Below the pieces are notes generated by a model. The model saw nothing but the letters and a program-made list of their open reading frames with translations, made no database searches and was not told the DNA's origin. A DNA stretch of 47,686 bases from Bigelowiella natans CCMP2755 (taxonomy: Eukaryota > Protista > Cercozoa). The first letter of the stretch is position 1, and each line of letters opens with the position of its first letter. Below are positions 25,101-36,781 of the stretch, piece after piece. The translations under genes were made by a program, and so were the position numbers. Location of the stretch: NCBI GenBank assembly GCA_000320545.1, contig ADNK01003494.1, positions 1 to 47,686 of the forward strand, read 5' to 3'.

Positions 25101-25610
25101 TGGGGTGGCGTTGCAAAGGTTACCGAGAGGAAGGGGAGGAAGCAGTACTACATCTATGATGGGAACAGGGTCACCTTGCGCCACATCAGTCACCTAAAGA
25201 ATTATGATATCGGTGAGAAGCTCCTAGAGGATGTTAAAGTAAACCCTACTGTGTGGGAGCGAGCAATGCCTTGTTTAGGACCCCGACCTAAGTTCGATGT
25301 GGAATATGGAAACAATAAGGTCAGGGTGAACGACGATTGGCGCATGAAGATTGTCTATCTAGGCTACCCTGGATTACGAAATATGGAGAGGGTAGCTATG
25401 AAAATAAAGGACGGAAAATATCAGCTACTCTACCTAGCTGTTCCCGACTTACCCTTTGAGCACTGGTATAAGGTCCTGGGGGACCTTGATGCAGAGGGCT
25501 GGTATGGACACGAACCTAAGGACGAAGGTGAGTTCTGGGTAAGCGACAAAGGAGATAAGGTTAGAGAGGAATCTATTACCTGGTGGTTGGTGAAGTTCCG
25601 AAAGCGATGA
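22134..25610 (+). CDS. pol: Pol polyprotein: aspartic protease, RT, RNase H, integrase, C-terminal Dam-like domain; +1 frame relative to gag
   Basis: Frame opens after TGA at 22131-22133. Protease ALWDSG (DSG 22191-22199) lies upstream of the first ATG (22203). RT SPWN, LDK..SYMQ, FPYGL, YVDD (23301-23312); RNase H TDWS / GE / TDHKPL / ADYFSR; integrase HGPAH...CRC, D24546, D24762, E24846. Confidence 0.96.
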   Translation, partial: PKVKVKDSYGDYKKLPALWDSGSMPKSFISLSTVRRLGLLDQVTKKERKYAQADGSSSMKTVGELMLKLQIPGSDAETQIKTRVAMTLSMELLLGQDALEKLGGIISFYNHKIYFAKLPKKSGRTISQNMIRLDEWTSESSVNALEFMDLADNKLPTPTELRKKNPGKTIRQITELLDKTPPADDWDIDKGKKYINKILNEKYSDITKPTTKPSSKLTPVKIELKKGYEECIINDPEHRRPEADWEKIEWQINEWAKEGKIEPSNSPWNVRHVLAKKPTYPFFRLAHNFIRHNRVIKRIQTPTPRIDDVIEHVIGYKYYSSLDKNESYMQTPIHKTSRPITAFSSRHRKWHFVVFPYGLSISGDAFSSQNYRAYTHDGMASVLWVFVFVYVDDDIICTNTVVAQIFLLENIFIRFAHFGFTIRLQKCTFLATRIKWCGYYLEQGRITPNPEKVAALQQAPKPKNAKELKSFLQTAAWILRRFSPTYARTAAAFTTAYRKENSVGLSFAKVWAKAGLDAHFDNLIKLCSNTLLNAKLDTTRPATLWTDWSKLGMAAVLTQDQQIIRVWGRACTAAEAKYSPTKGEYKAMTEAQRKLRYYLLSVPSFTLMTDHKPLLGIDRKLEAPNDEYAAMRADTEEFRDKRTVVYAPGDKQLADYFSRLFEKKVPTQVTPMVNAITFEDGDFLPEPEELQHLQEHLDKYKHKHEVLSDRIYVYTNNVRRTYVPRRTRGALLFTAHGPAHVGENHITALLYHYYWPYKLKEIRTYLRGCRCSSLKAAGVATKESSKSRASKKIKARNFLDIVQIDVYKYDGYHYLTFVDVATGKCWVKKIIKVNVAKKNKGLYKQRLTNCYRTWESELQAIPDEVSINKIPKKLHVDNETSLLQLPHPNIDASPVYYAQSNSKVERLHRTLANLSRINSTTPDKIQGLVNDTFTSGGGIKDKEREEGDDNDDDTESEDEKVPYDGRVLKEGQYVRAKVNLRSRNKQDPFWGGVAKVTERKGRKQYYIYDGNRVTLRHISHLKNYDIGEKLLEDVKVNPTVWERAMPCLGPRPKFDVEYGNNKVRVNDDWRMKIVYLGYPGLRNMERVAMKIKDGKYQLLYLAVPDLPFEHWYKVLGDLDAEGWYGHEPKDEGEFWVSDKGDKVREESITWWLVKFRKR

Positions 25611-25653
25611 AGGTCTAAGGGAATAAGGAAGGAAGGAAGGAGCAACGTGACTT

Positions 25654-25661
25654 GGGGGAGG
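25654..25661 (+). promoter_or_regulatory. 3' polypurine tract
   Basis: GGGGGAGG directly abutting the 3' LTR; a further purine-rich stretch lies at ~25617-25642. Confidence 0.85.
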
Positions 25662-25988
25662 TGTAGCGCGTACCACTACGCGGGCACAAGTCACGTGCGA
25701 CAACAAAGGGGTTGTCGCGGATATAGAATATAGATAACGTAGATATTAATACAGCATAGGCACGTGGGTTCCGGCGGGACTCATGGCAGCACACCGGAAG
25801 TGTGCTGCCCCACGTGCGGCGGCATTCGCGAAAGCTTCGCGAATGATTACGCAGTGCACGATTTAATAAAAATATAATCTTTAATAAAAATAAACACAAC
25901 TCTTCAAAAAGGAAGCAAACGTGCCTTTCCCCCCCCCTGCCTACTTGTGCACGTAGCGCCTCGGCCTGTGAACACCTTACGCGCAACA
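25662..25988 (+). repeat. 3' LTR (327 bp)
   Basis: Identical to the 5' LTR, followed by TSD CGAG. Confidence 0.97.
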
Positions 25989-25992
25989 CGAG

Positions 25993-26163
25993 CAGCCATG
26001 AATGAATTGATGCCTTCCCATAGGAATGGGAATTTGTCACGAAAAGGTGTTCATGAATGGTTGAATTGATTGCAATGGCCTTGATTTTGTGACCATCAGC
26101 CACCTTCAAATGAAACAAATTCAAACGGCAACATCGAATTTCAGGATCATTTTCGTCACACAT
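25993..26163 (-). pseudogene. Decayed ORF, upstream half (interrupted by the LTR element)
   Basis: MCDENDPEIRCCRLNLFHLKVADGHKIKAIAINSTIHEHLF..SWLL runs up to the TSD and, with the element removed, continues EHFFFSFFLACAMR into the left flank. Same Cys/His excess. Confidence 0.4.
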
Positions 26164-26777
26164 GACTCAAAATATTGAGATATCAATTTCTACTAAAAGC
26201 AAAAAGGCTGATAATCATTGACAATTGTGCATTGTTTGTACATTTTTTATTAAAAAAGGATGTTTATGTTCGGAAAATGCTCACAATATTAGAGCTAAAG
26301 ATCATTTTGTTCCCGCATCTGCCATTTGAGGAAGCGATTCTCTCAAAATGCACATGCATTTTGTCTAAAAGCATCTTCGAGCTCATTGTTCGACACGAAA
26401 TCACTTATAAGATATTTAATATCGATCATGAATTTTTAAATATTTGAAATTTACCATGAAAAAAGTAAAAAAAGGAACATTCTTGAGTCGTCATACAAAA
26501 AATAAAGTGAAAAAAAGCAAATACAAGGAGATTAAAAATCTGAATTACCGATTCTGAGGCACAACACAGGCACGCGGAATATTTTTAGGCTGGTTGCTGT
26601 CGATTTTTTCCATAAGTCGCTATACTAAAAAAGATCCTATTTTATCTAATTCAGTCTTATCGATCCTTCTCTTAAGTCTGAACGTTGCCGCCGCCGCCAA
26701 GCTTTCCTCCATAGCCCTCCACCCTTGATAGCCTGTGCTCACTTTCCGGAGCGCAATATAATAATTGCTGCAACACA

Positions 26778-28934
26778 ATGATGATGGAACAGGAAGATGT
26801 AGCTGAGGCCATTGGCCAGGTCTTGTGTTATCCTCTCTTATTCTTCCACGAATCTGATGTCCTCCTCTTAAAAAAGAAGCGTCGCATCAAACAAGCACCT
26901 TTACGTAATAGGGGGGTGAAATTTCCGGCTATATGTCTACTCCTGTGTTTGCGCAACGAGACTTATTTGATTAAATTTCTATCAGCAGGCCCCGTTCTCA
27001 TCTCCATTCGCAACTCTCTCAAACAGGAGGGGTGGGGCCAACAGCAGCTCTATTGGCGGGGGATTTGGTATAACAGCATCTCCTTTCGGATCGATGAATA
27101 TTGGACATCAGAGTTGTAGTAAGCAACAACAGCAACAGCTGACAGCATCAAGGCATTACCGTCACGGTGAAAAGGCAAGGCGATTGTTGAGAAATGGTGC
27201 CGTGAACGCTCTGTGGGAGGACCAAGACTGGTCTTTTGACCCTCAAAACGGTATTATCCCTCTAGCTTCCAATGGAGCAAATGCGTTTCAGATTACAAAT
27301 TACTGTACCGTGATTCCCACTCAAATTCTTGAGGATCTCGACAGAGAAAAGGCCAATCTGAACGGCGAAATAGTTTTTATAGATAAGAAGGTTGGATTGT
27401 CTCTGTGGGCACAGAATCACCGAATACGGCAGGTCATGGAACCGACGGCACGATGGCTTCGTACAAATAACCCACAGTGGGAAATATTCACAACCAATCA
27501 GTGCAAGAAGAACGGCAACAACGTTGTCCGGCGAATAAGCGCGAGGCTAGCAAAGGCAATTGGCTATGGTGGGTATATCCTGAATCTCGATCAAGAACTC
27601 AAATTAGGAGGAGGAGGAGGAGAAGGAGGAGGAGGAGGAGGAGGAGGAGGAGGAGGAGGAGGAGGAGGAGGAGGAGGAGGAGGAGGAGGGGGCTAGAGTT
27701 ATCTAGTTTAGGAGGAGGAGGAGGAGGAGGAGGAGGAGGAGGAGGAGGGTGGGACTCATTATCAAGTCCTTACAATTACTATCCTCATCCCATGGTTTTG
27801 TGTGGGATTCCACACCATGATCGTATCGGAAACAACAAAGGCGTATTTTTCGCAAAAACGATGCTTGTTGTTGCTACCAAGGGTCGTCAGGCCGTGGGTA
27901 TCCTCTTACGACAACTGCTCAAAGGCGTGAAGAAACACAAGAAAGCTTATTCGGGATTAGGCGCAATTCTTCGTTTTATCAACTCAAGAAATTTTGAACT
28001 GTTGGGCGGCAGAGGCAGAGCATCATCAGCACCATTATCAGGTCCAAACAGCATCCTACAGCAGCAGCAGCAGCATACGAAGAAGAAGGCATCTATTGAG
28101 CTAGCCATTGCGTATGGGAAAAACAACGAATCGACGATGCACAGATGCAATATATTGAGGAGAGGCAGTAGAGGAGGAGGGGCTAGTAATGACAACTCGA
28201 CTCTCCTTCCTTCTTCATTCGTGGATGTACCGTTAAGCCCTGGATCTGGGTTCAGTGCCCATACCTTCAAGAATGTTAGCAGAGTGAAGGTTGACGGTCA
28301 TTGGTGCGCCGTTGCTGATATTAAGACGAACCACGAATCTGGAATAGCAAGGATTCTTCTCCGAAATACGATAAATACAACGATAAGAAACACATCCACC
28401 AGCTTTGGAGAAAATACCAAGAGAAAAGGCCTTTCCGATGCTTCAGCCTGGGTCAACAGTCCTGTGGCATCAGCACCAACAGCAAAGATACGGATGCACA
28501 CTCCTAACGATTGCGCAAATATGAAAACGACAAGTTATAAGAAACATAAGAGGGTTCCGATGGCCAGCATCGTAGCGAATGATGATAATACTGGCAATAG
28601 GAGGAATAACAAAGTACTTTTCCGTCACAGCTTCTGAGTTAGAAATGGATGATGGGTACATGAGCTAGCATTCACAAGCAATGGCGAGCGTTTGACCACA
28701 CACCTTCTGCTCGCATCTTAGCCTATCGATAAAGAAAAGTATCATCGTCTTACATTACAGCAGCAACTTGCAGAACAACACGAAAAGATGCATCGGGCAA
28801 TTTCAATTTCCGGAAACAACCTAAATTCAAGGCGAGGAGAGGACTTAACAGCACAGAATCTGATCAACAATAACCACCTTCTGGCCCAACGCTACAACAA
28901 GCATCATTCATTGTTGCAGCATGTGTGTACATAA
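26778..28934 (+). CDS. Hypothetical protein with poly-Gly tracts, unknown family
   Basis: Long globular-looking ORFs 27094-27696 and 27477-28637 join into one frame if the G run at 27688-27692 has one extra G. Candidate first exon MMMEQEDVAEAIGQ|gt and last exon ending ..SLLQHVCT-TAA at 28934. Confidence 0.5.
27606..27748 (+). repeat. (GGA)n microsatellite, two blocks, coding poly-Gly
   Basis: Direct reading. Confidence 0.95.
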
Positions 28935-29987
28935 GCTGCAGAATGGCACGATATTATAAAAGGCTATTCGTTTTTTAGCAAACCATCATCTCAGTATTCT
29001 TACTACTTTGTGTGGAACACGAGGGGGGGGATGCACATCAAAGCTAGCACTTTTATGCAGATATAACTAGATAATGACAATGCGACACCGAAGTTGAAAT
29101 GAGAAATTGAGTCGGGACCTGTAACAGAGATATGATCGAGTCACATTCATATCAATGCGGTAACGAGCCGACCTGGGTAGGTCTAGAGCTACCCAATGTA
29201 CAATGAAACGATATGCAATCATGCAATAAGTACAATTTGAGAAAGTAATAATTGGACTTTTTGAACATCGTCTGCATCAATCGAAACCTGACATTCTACA
29301 CAGATCCAGAGATGTACACCTAGTCACGTTTTAAGCATTTGTGTTTTTGTTGCTTGCTAGCTTGTGTCTTGCATGCATGCGCCTAGCTGCCATGACCTAG
29401 CTACTTGAAACAGCACGGCTGGACGGGCTAGCGGGATTATAGGATTCACACACGCACACGTGAAGCGACAATAAGCTAGCCATAGCTATATCGCTAGCTA
29501 TATTAAGTGTACGGTTAGCAGACGGCAGTCATGTCGAGCAGCCTTGCAGCTTGCCTAGCTAGCTAGCTAGTCGTTAATAAGCGTGCGCATGGCATGCGCC
29601 CGAGCGCGGTGAATGATGAGATTATTGGACATCACAGGCTGCGCTAGCATGCTAGCATGGCCACCTTGCATGCACACGCAAACGCATTGGCAGCGCGTAC
29701 TAGCGCGCACACTGGTGCACACCCGCCAAGCTAGCTAGCTAGCAAGGCTGGCTAGCTGGTCTAGTGGTGCATGCAACACATCCATGCATGCGCATGCTAG
29801 TTAGCTAGCATGTGCTGACATTTAGCATTCGAAATGATTGAATGCGCACGTGCTAGCTAGCTAGCGTGCGCATGCGTCAATGACATCACCATGGATCATG
29901 CTAGTATGCGGCATGGACATGCTACACACATCTACGCTGCTGACAGTGTCTAGAGTATGCATAATATGTATCTATATGCCTACAAAC

Positions 29988-30127
29988 AGGATGCATTTTC
30001 ATGCATGCGCCATGTGACCAAGGAAACAAATAGATACAATTTAAGCGCTGTAGCCGCTGCATTGCACAGCTACATTAGGATGACCATTGAAACAATTTAA
30101 ACATTTCATTACATCCGTCTCATATAT
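29988..30127 (+). repeat. Dispersed repeat copy 2, homologous to 3202-3349
   Basis: See copy 1; also a local re-duplication of attacatccgtctca at ~30108 and ~30166. Confidence 0.8.
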
Positions 30128-30606
30128 CTACATTCGGATGATTTAAAAAAATCATTTATCACATTATTACATCCGTCTCACAATCTAGCAATGTGTATCT
30201 AGATATGGCATAGCGTGCACACGACAGGCAGCGACTGCCACGCTAAGACGCTCTAGCACGCCTGATCAAGGCATACACATGGCGTGAAAGCATCATAGCT
30301 ACAACAGCAAGCAGCAACAGCGGGCACTAAGATAGTTGCTGCGATGGTGTAATATTGATCGATCTTTACTAGAAATCGAAAATACATCTAGGCATGAAGG
30401 ATGTGGTATAATGCCGTCGTCACACTATACACGACTGTCTTCTATCTGTGGACTAGCAGCCCAGTATACCAGTTTTGTGGGGCTAATATAGGCAACTCCA
30501 AGCTCTGCTCTATTTATTTACTACATACCCGTTTTTTGACTGCCGTCGCCTATTTGGATCAACGGATTTCTGGAACTCCTGAAACGAATAATGTACACCA
30601 TAAAAT

Positions 30607-32072
30607 CAGATGATGGAAGCGCTTTGGACACACGCTGCGACAAATACAAAGCTTGCAGCTTGCACCTCTAACAACGCTATTCTCGGTAAGAGCGTTTCTG
30701 CTACATTGCCCCCCATCTTCTTCCTATCGTATCTGGGCTGCGGCTGTGGAGACGATGACCCTAATCATCAATTAATTTACACAAACATCACAAAGCAGCA
30801 CAAAGTAGATTGATGAGTTCTCTCGCCACCATCCAACTCATCAACTAAGGTATATTTATAAACGTCTCATGATAGTTATTTATGCAGAACAAATGAACGA
30901 TGGGTATGATATGATGGTAGTAGCAGCAGCACCAACAGTAGGAAGTTGTAGCAGCTAATACCAATCAGATTACCTATTTGGCCATGACAATTGCTGCTAC
31001 TATTTTGCTCCTTAGCATCATTTTTGGAGATGTAAGAGAACATGTGAAGAGGGGGGGCATGATTCAATCTCTGTACAAACGCCCCCAACTTACTCTCCTA
31101 ATCATTATCATACGACAACGGTAGGGAATTAGAGATAGTATGTGCCAGCATTGAGGACTAGGATAAACTTTGTGAACGGTGTGTATGCTGCTGCTGTGTG
31201 ATAGGACAAAAGGCACACCATGAAACAACCGCAAAGTAGCATATACTCTAACTTTCAACGAAATCAATCCAATGCCGCAGCAGTACCGCTCTTACTACCA
31301 ACCCAAAAAAGTACTACATATCTTATTCGATTCGACTTACCACATCATCATCGTGATCATCGCTTTTCTTACGATAATTACTGAAAGCAGCATCATCATC
31401 GTCATCATAGTCGCCACCCGTCAGAAAAACTACTGTTTTGGTTTCTTCTGCCGAGGCTGTCACAGGGCCATTTGTGACTGGGCACGGCAGCGAGAGGGGG
31501 GGGAGGATAGACGTCGTCGATAGTAGCCTACTTGCAGGTGATGAAACATATTATATATTCTTTGCTGCCCTCATCGCACCAAATGATAGCATACATTATG
31601 TACGCGAACAATTGCGAATGATGAGTATGAAAACAGAAACTAAATAACCCAAAGAGAGAAGGAAGAAGCACATACAACAAGAAGAGGGGAAACTCCTAAT
31701 ACGTTCTCTACATATCGTCTTTATTGTTGTGTATGCATATAGGCATCATCATCATCATCAACCTTTGATTGTTGACCCCAGTGCTGCTGCTTCTGGTACG
31801 TCCTCCGCTACGACCTTCCCTCCCCCCCCCTCCTCCTCCTCCCATTCCGATGATACTCAAGGGTTTAATGCTAGGCGGCGTATCGAGCAGAGAGTTTGTG
31901 CGCCTCCCCCGTGTACTACTTGTGGCGTTGTAGTACTCCTGGTGCTGCTGCTGCTGCTGCTTGAGATAGTGGCGGCAGTAGTTGGGGACGATGTTGGTAT
32001 TTGTAGAGTCAGACATCGTTGTTGTCACCCCACTGCTACCCCCACGATGAACGTCGCCATTTGATGATGCTG

Positions 32073-32104
<32 letters not shown>

Positions 32105-32291
32105 GATGATGATAATGACGACGAGCCTAAAGCAAAACAAACAAGACGATAGAGAAGGAACATATTGAGGGCTAACTTGATTTATCGTAGGTGTATTCAG
32201 TGGAGGTCCATGAGGCCACCACAACCCCGCTTGCAATACCAAACGACGAAATCGCCAATTAGCAAAGCATTATCCACCACACAATCCAGCA

Positions 32292-32324
<33 letters not shown>

Positions 32325-32933
32325 TATCATTAAGGCCTTTAAAGAGCTCAATCATCAATAGTACCTTCTAGAGACTTGAAAGGAGATATATTGAGGTGAA
32401 TAGGCTGCTGCAATGCTGCTGCTGATGGCTTTGGCCGATATGAGGAGGAAAGAACACCTTTAAATTGTTCACTGGGTCCACATCCACCGTCACTTCCTGA
32501 TGCTGATGCTGCTGCTGTATCACCCATCATCATCAGAGGAGACGCTCTTAGTTTCCGCTGCTGTTGGTGCTGATGGTCAAGATAGAGTTGATTGCTTGCT
32601 GTTGTGGTAGCAAACGAAGGAGCACCCGTAGCAGCAGCAGCAGTAGTAGTTGTTGTTGTACTAGTTACCGGGGCAATTCTTGGTTGGAATGGGGGTGTCA
32701 GTGAAGGCGGTTTGATCCACATCTTATTGGTGTTGTTGTTCTTGCTACCAGAGCTGTGGGGATGCGGCGCTCCGCGAGGAGGGGAAGGAGATGTTGTTGG
32801 GAATAAGAGACCTCCCTCCCCCCCCTCGAAGTGCTGCTGCTGCTGCTGCTGCTGCTGCCATATCTTCGTCGTGATCATGGGGGAGTGTCGGCTTGGTGGG
32901 GTAGTGCCGTTTGAATCGTAGCTGTGTGTGTAA

Positions 32934-32973
<40 letters not shown>

Positions 32974-33265
32974 GATATATAATGAGAATAAGATGATGAT
33001 GATGATGATGACGATGTGATGAGCAAGGTGGTGGTGGTGGTGGTGGGACTACTGTGGTGATTAAATAGTAGTAGTAGAAGTAGTAGTTGTGACTATGATT
33101 ATTCAATCAAAGGGGGGGAGGGGGAGGGTTGACGCTGGCGAGTATACAGTAGTACAATCGATATACAGTTACTATGTTTTTCCGGCAAGTACTACTACTA
33201 CTACTACTACTACTACTACCATTATACTACTATCACTTATCGTTGCGTTGGCAATATACTATACT

Positions 33266-33306
<41 letters not shown>

Positions 33307-34321
33307 CAAATACCACATCTCCATCATCATCAAAACCATGCTACTACTACACTTTCCTGATATCTTTACGACTCCAATACTCAAGGAGCGCATGATTAAC
33401 AATAACACAAGCAGAACAGCCTACCTTGACACGATTCCGGTAGCAAAAGGCGGTGTCGCACTGAGGGAGTTGGGCGTGGTGGAGTAGTACGATAGCAGCT
33501 TTGTTGGAGAAGATCTATCCCCTCCCCCCCCTGTCCCCATTCCTATCGCACGAGCACCGCCACCATTGCTATAAGGTGATGAGGAGGAAAACAGCAATGG
33601 CGATGACGACTGCTGGTGATACAACGATGATGCCATAAATTGTTGTGGAGAGTATCTTGAGGGAGGGGTAGGAGTGCAGGTAGCATTGTTCTTCCAGGGG
33701 CTACGAATTAAAGCTGTAGTACCGCTACTACTACTACCACCACCAGTGTTGGTTCCATCCCCTCCCTTCTTTCTTGTCGCGGCGTTGGTCAAAAGAGGCG
33801 GTTGAAAGAATCGAGGAAGTGAATGAGACGAGTAATGCCGTAGCCCCCCGGGTAGGCGCTGTTGTTGTTGATGCTGCTGCTGCTGCTGAGAAGGATGGTT
33901 AATATGCTGCTGCTGGTTGATTCGACTATCACGATGGTGGTGGTAGTGGTGGTTGTGGTAGTTGGACAAGGAGAGAGATTTTGGTACTGAAGGAGAGAGA
34001 TGTACGATGTTGCTTCTACTACTGCTGCGACCACAACTACTACTACGGTATACTTCTCCTCCTTCCCCCCCCCCCCCTCTTCCCGTAAGCGATGATGGTT
34101 GGATCATCACTCGATCCAACGAAAAAGCGCGAACGCGTCCTCCTCCTCTTCCTCCTACTGGCGCTGCTGCTGCTGTTGTCTTATGCTGCTCGACTGTTCC
34201 TTCTGCAAAGGTGATGATGGTGGTGGTGATGAGGATGATGACGATGATGATTACTTTATCAGTCAAACACGGTATAAACGCAATATAAAATCACATTTAC
34301 AGTGGCAATAATCAACAGCTA

Positions 34322-34358
<37 letters not shown>

Positions 34359-35177
34359 CCACAGCCATATAATGATAAATAAAATAAAATAGATATACAC
34401 ATAGCATCTGTTACAGAGGCAGTAAGACTCACGTACTACCTACGAACATCTCTTTGAAACAACAACAACAACAACAACAACAAGAGGAATAACAACAACA
34501 ACACCAATAACAACTCACTCACCTTTGATGTCAAATCCAACCACTGTCTTAGGCCTGGTGCTGCTGCTGCTGCTGCTGCTGTTCCTTCCAGATGACAATA
34601 AATGCTGCTCTGTGTGGTGATAAAGGGCCATTCCACGATGGGGGAAGGTTGATGCCTGTCTCGTTGGAACAAATTGTGATGATGAAGATGGTGATGATTC
34701 TTGAGCTATCAGATCAACAACTCTCTCTTTAACTCTCCTGCCTCCTTCTCCACCAACACGATGGTGGTGAGGCCGATGATAATGATCCCCATTGGATGTT
34801 GTTGATGATTTTGGCGCTACTCCTGTTTCGGCTGCTGTCGCAGCAGCAGCTTGCCCCTCCCCCCCCCCATCCACGCGGCTTCCCGTTGGAGAGAACGAAG
34901 ATGTGGAAGAAATCTAGTGGCAGTAGCACATCACCATAGCACACACACACGCACCCAAACACACAGAAACACACACACATAAACGCATACACCAATTCCC
35001 ATCTGAAATGATCGAAAACGTGAAATTTGAAAATATTAATGAAAGGAGGCAAAAGCAGCACTGCCCGCAAGTTGTACTACCTAGAAACATGTATGAGTTT
35101 GGTTGCTCTACAGCAGCAGCAGCAGCAGCAGCAGCAATAGGAATCATTGCATTCATTATGTTATCATATAACACGTG

Positions 35178-35215
<38 letters not shown>

Positions 35216-36350
35216 AGCATTAATAACATCCACATTGTTTTTGTTGTTGTTGTTCGATTCCTCTCCCCCTCCTCCCCCTCCCCCTTCTCCTCCTCCTCCT
35301 CCTCCTCCTCCTCCTACTACTACTATTACTACTACTACTACTACTACTGCTACTACAACAACAAACGTGCTTTAAGTATCATCCTTCCTTACCGAATCTG
35401 CCAAGTCTCCTCTCTCCTCTCCTCCTCCTCCTCCTCCCACTACTTGGCCTTGGAAGCTCACTATGGGGTTATCTCCACTGCTTGCTATATTCTCTCCTGC
35501 TACTACTGCTGGCTTTGAAGTCGTATTTGGCGTGTTAGTAGCAGTAGTAGTGGTAGTAGTCGTGGTATCATCTAGATGGCGTTGATTTCTAAGGATATCT
35601 GCTGATTGCTCGGATCTTGCCCTTTGTGCTGTTTCTTTAGCATCCTGCTGCCAACGATTGGACATTATCGTCATCATTAAGTAGGCAAAGGCGATCTCCA
35701 TCAATCAGCAAACCCATCATCATCATCACCATCAACAACAACAACAACAACAACAACATCATCGTTAAGATCATCAACAAACACATCATCATCATCACCA
35801 CCACCATCATCATCACCACCATTATGGGCCGAGATAGAATGGCCATAATATCATGCCATTACTTCTACGACTATGCTGTATGCAATGATGACTAGTAGTA
35901 ATGTTAAGAGCACGATGCCACCATTACTACTCATTGATTATGAGGATGATGATAATGAAAATGATTACGAAGCAGGGTACTTAGCGTCTCATTACGATTC
36001 ACTACTACTATTTATTTGACTTACTTTCCTTACAGCTGACGGCGGTGGCGGTGCTTTGGTATTTGGGGCGGTTGGAGGGGGGGGGGGCTTCGATGATGAT
36101 GACGGCGGTGGTGGAGAAGATGTTGTGTTGTGGGAGTGGCGGGATGATGGAGACTGACGTCTCTTTGTATCGCTTGAAGATGACGACGCGAAATGAGAAG
36201 GACTTTGCGAGGGATTTCTCGGTGTAGCGGCAGCAGCAGTACCATTTATCATATCAGAGTTGATGATGTAGTCCTTGATTATTCGAGGGTGATTAATAGA
36301 TTTTGGCCTCTTCGCCTGAGAATGGAGACAGCACATAGCACCGTCACCAT
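30607..36350 (-). CDS. Large low-complexity (Q/S/G/T/P-rich) multi-exon hypothetical protein
   Basis: Chain of long minus-strand open segments (31708-32163, 32348-32920, 33421-34210, 34515-34874, 35372-35704, 35992-36350) with plausible GT/AG ends; no domain recognised; boundaries uncertain. Confidence 0.45.
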
Positions 36351-36353
36351 GGG

Positions 36354-36422
<69 letters not shown>

Positions 36423-36746
36423 CCAAAGAAACCTAGCAATACATTGAATGAGGAAATATAATTTCATAGTGATGAATAACGAGTGTAATATGCGACGGAT
36501 CCGTGAAACAACGCAACGATAATGATGAAACAACTAGCCTACCACCAACGATAACACATGACGGTTTGTGCTATTGTGGTTGGTGAGAAATAGAAGAAAG
36601 TTATTCGTTGATGATGATTCGCACACGTAGTTATAGTAGTCGTAGCAGTAGTAGTAGTAGTATTAGGTTGATGAAGTACCCTTGCGAAGTCGAAGTAGCT
36701 GCATTTCTCACGATGACTCACCTTCACAGAACACATATATACACAC

Positions 36747-36781
<35 letters not shown>

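Larger units (their letters stand above)
20270..25988 (+). mobile_element. Full-length Ty3/gypsy-like LTR retrotransposon (5719 bp)
   Basis: Two identical TG...CA LTRs, TSD CGAG at 20266-20269 and 25989-25992, PBS, PPT, gag, and pol with PR-RT-RH-IN order (gypsy order). Confidence 0.97.

Noticed and set aside
25227-25610. Chromodomain or env at the end of pol
   Set aside because: No chromodomain pattern (I...R......YLVKW.G....TWEP); the terminal WLVKF is followed by the stop. No signal peptide, TM helix or separate ORF before the PPT.
27477-27700. Poly-Arg protein or programmed frameshift at the GGA repeat
   Set aside because: More simply explained by a one-base error or slip in the G homopolymer at 27688-27692 joining two poly-Gly-frame ORFs.
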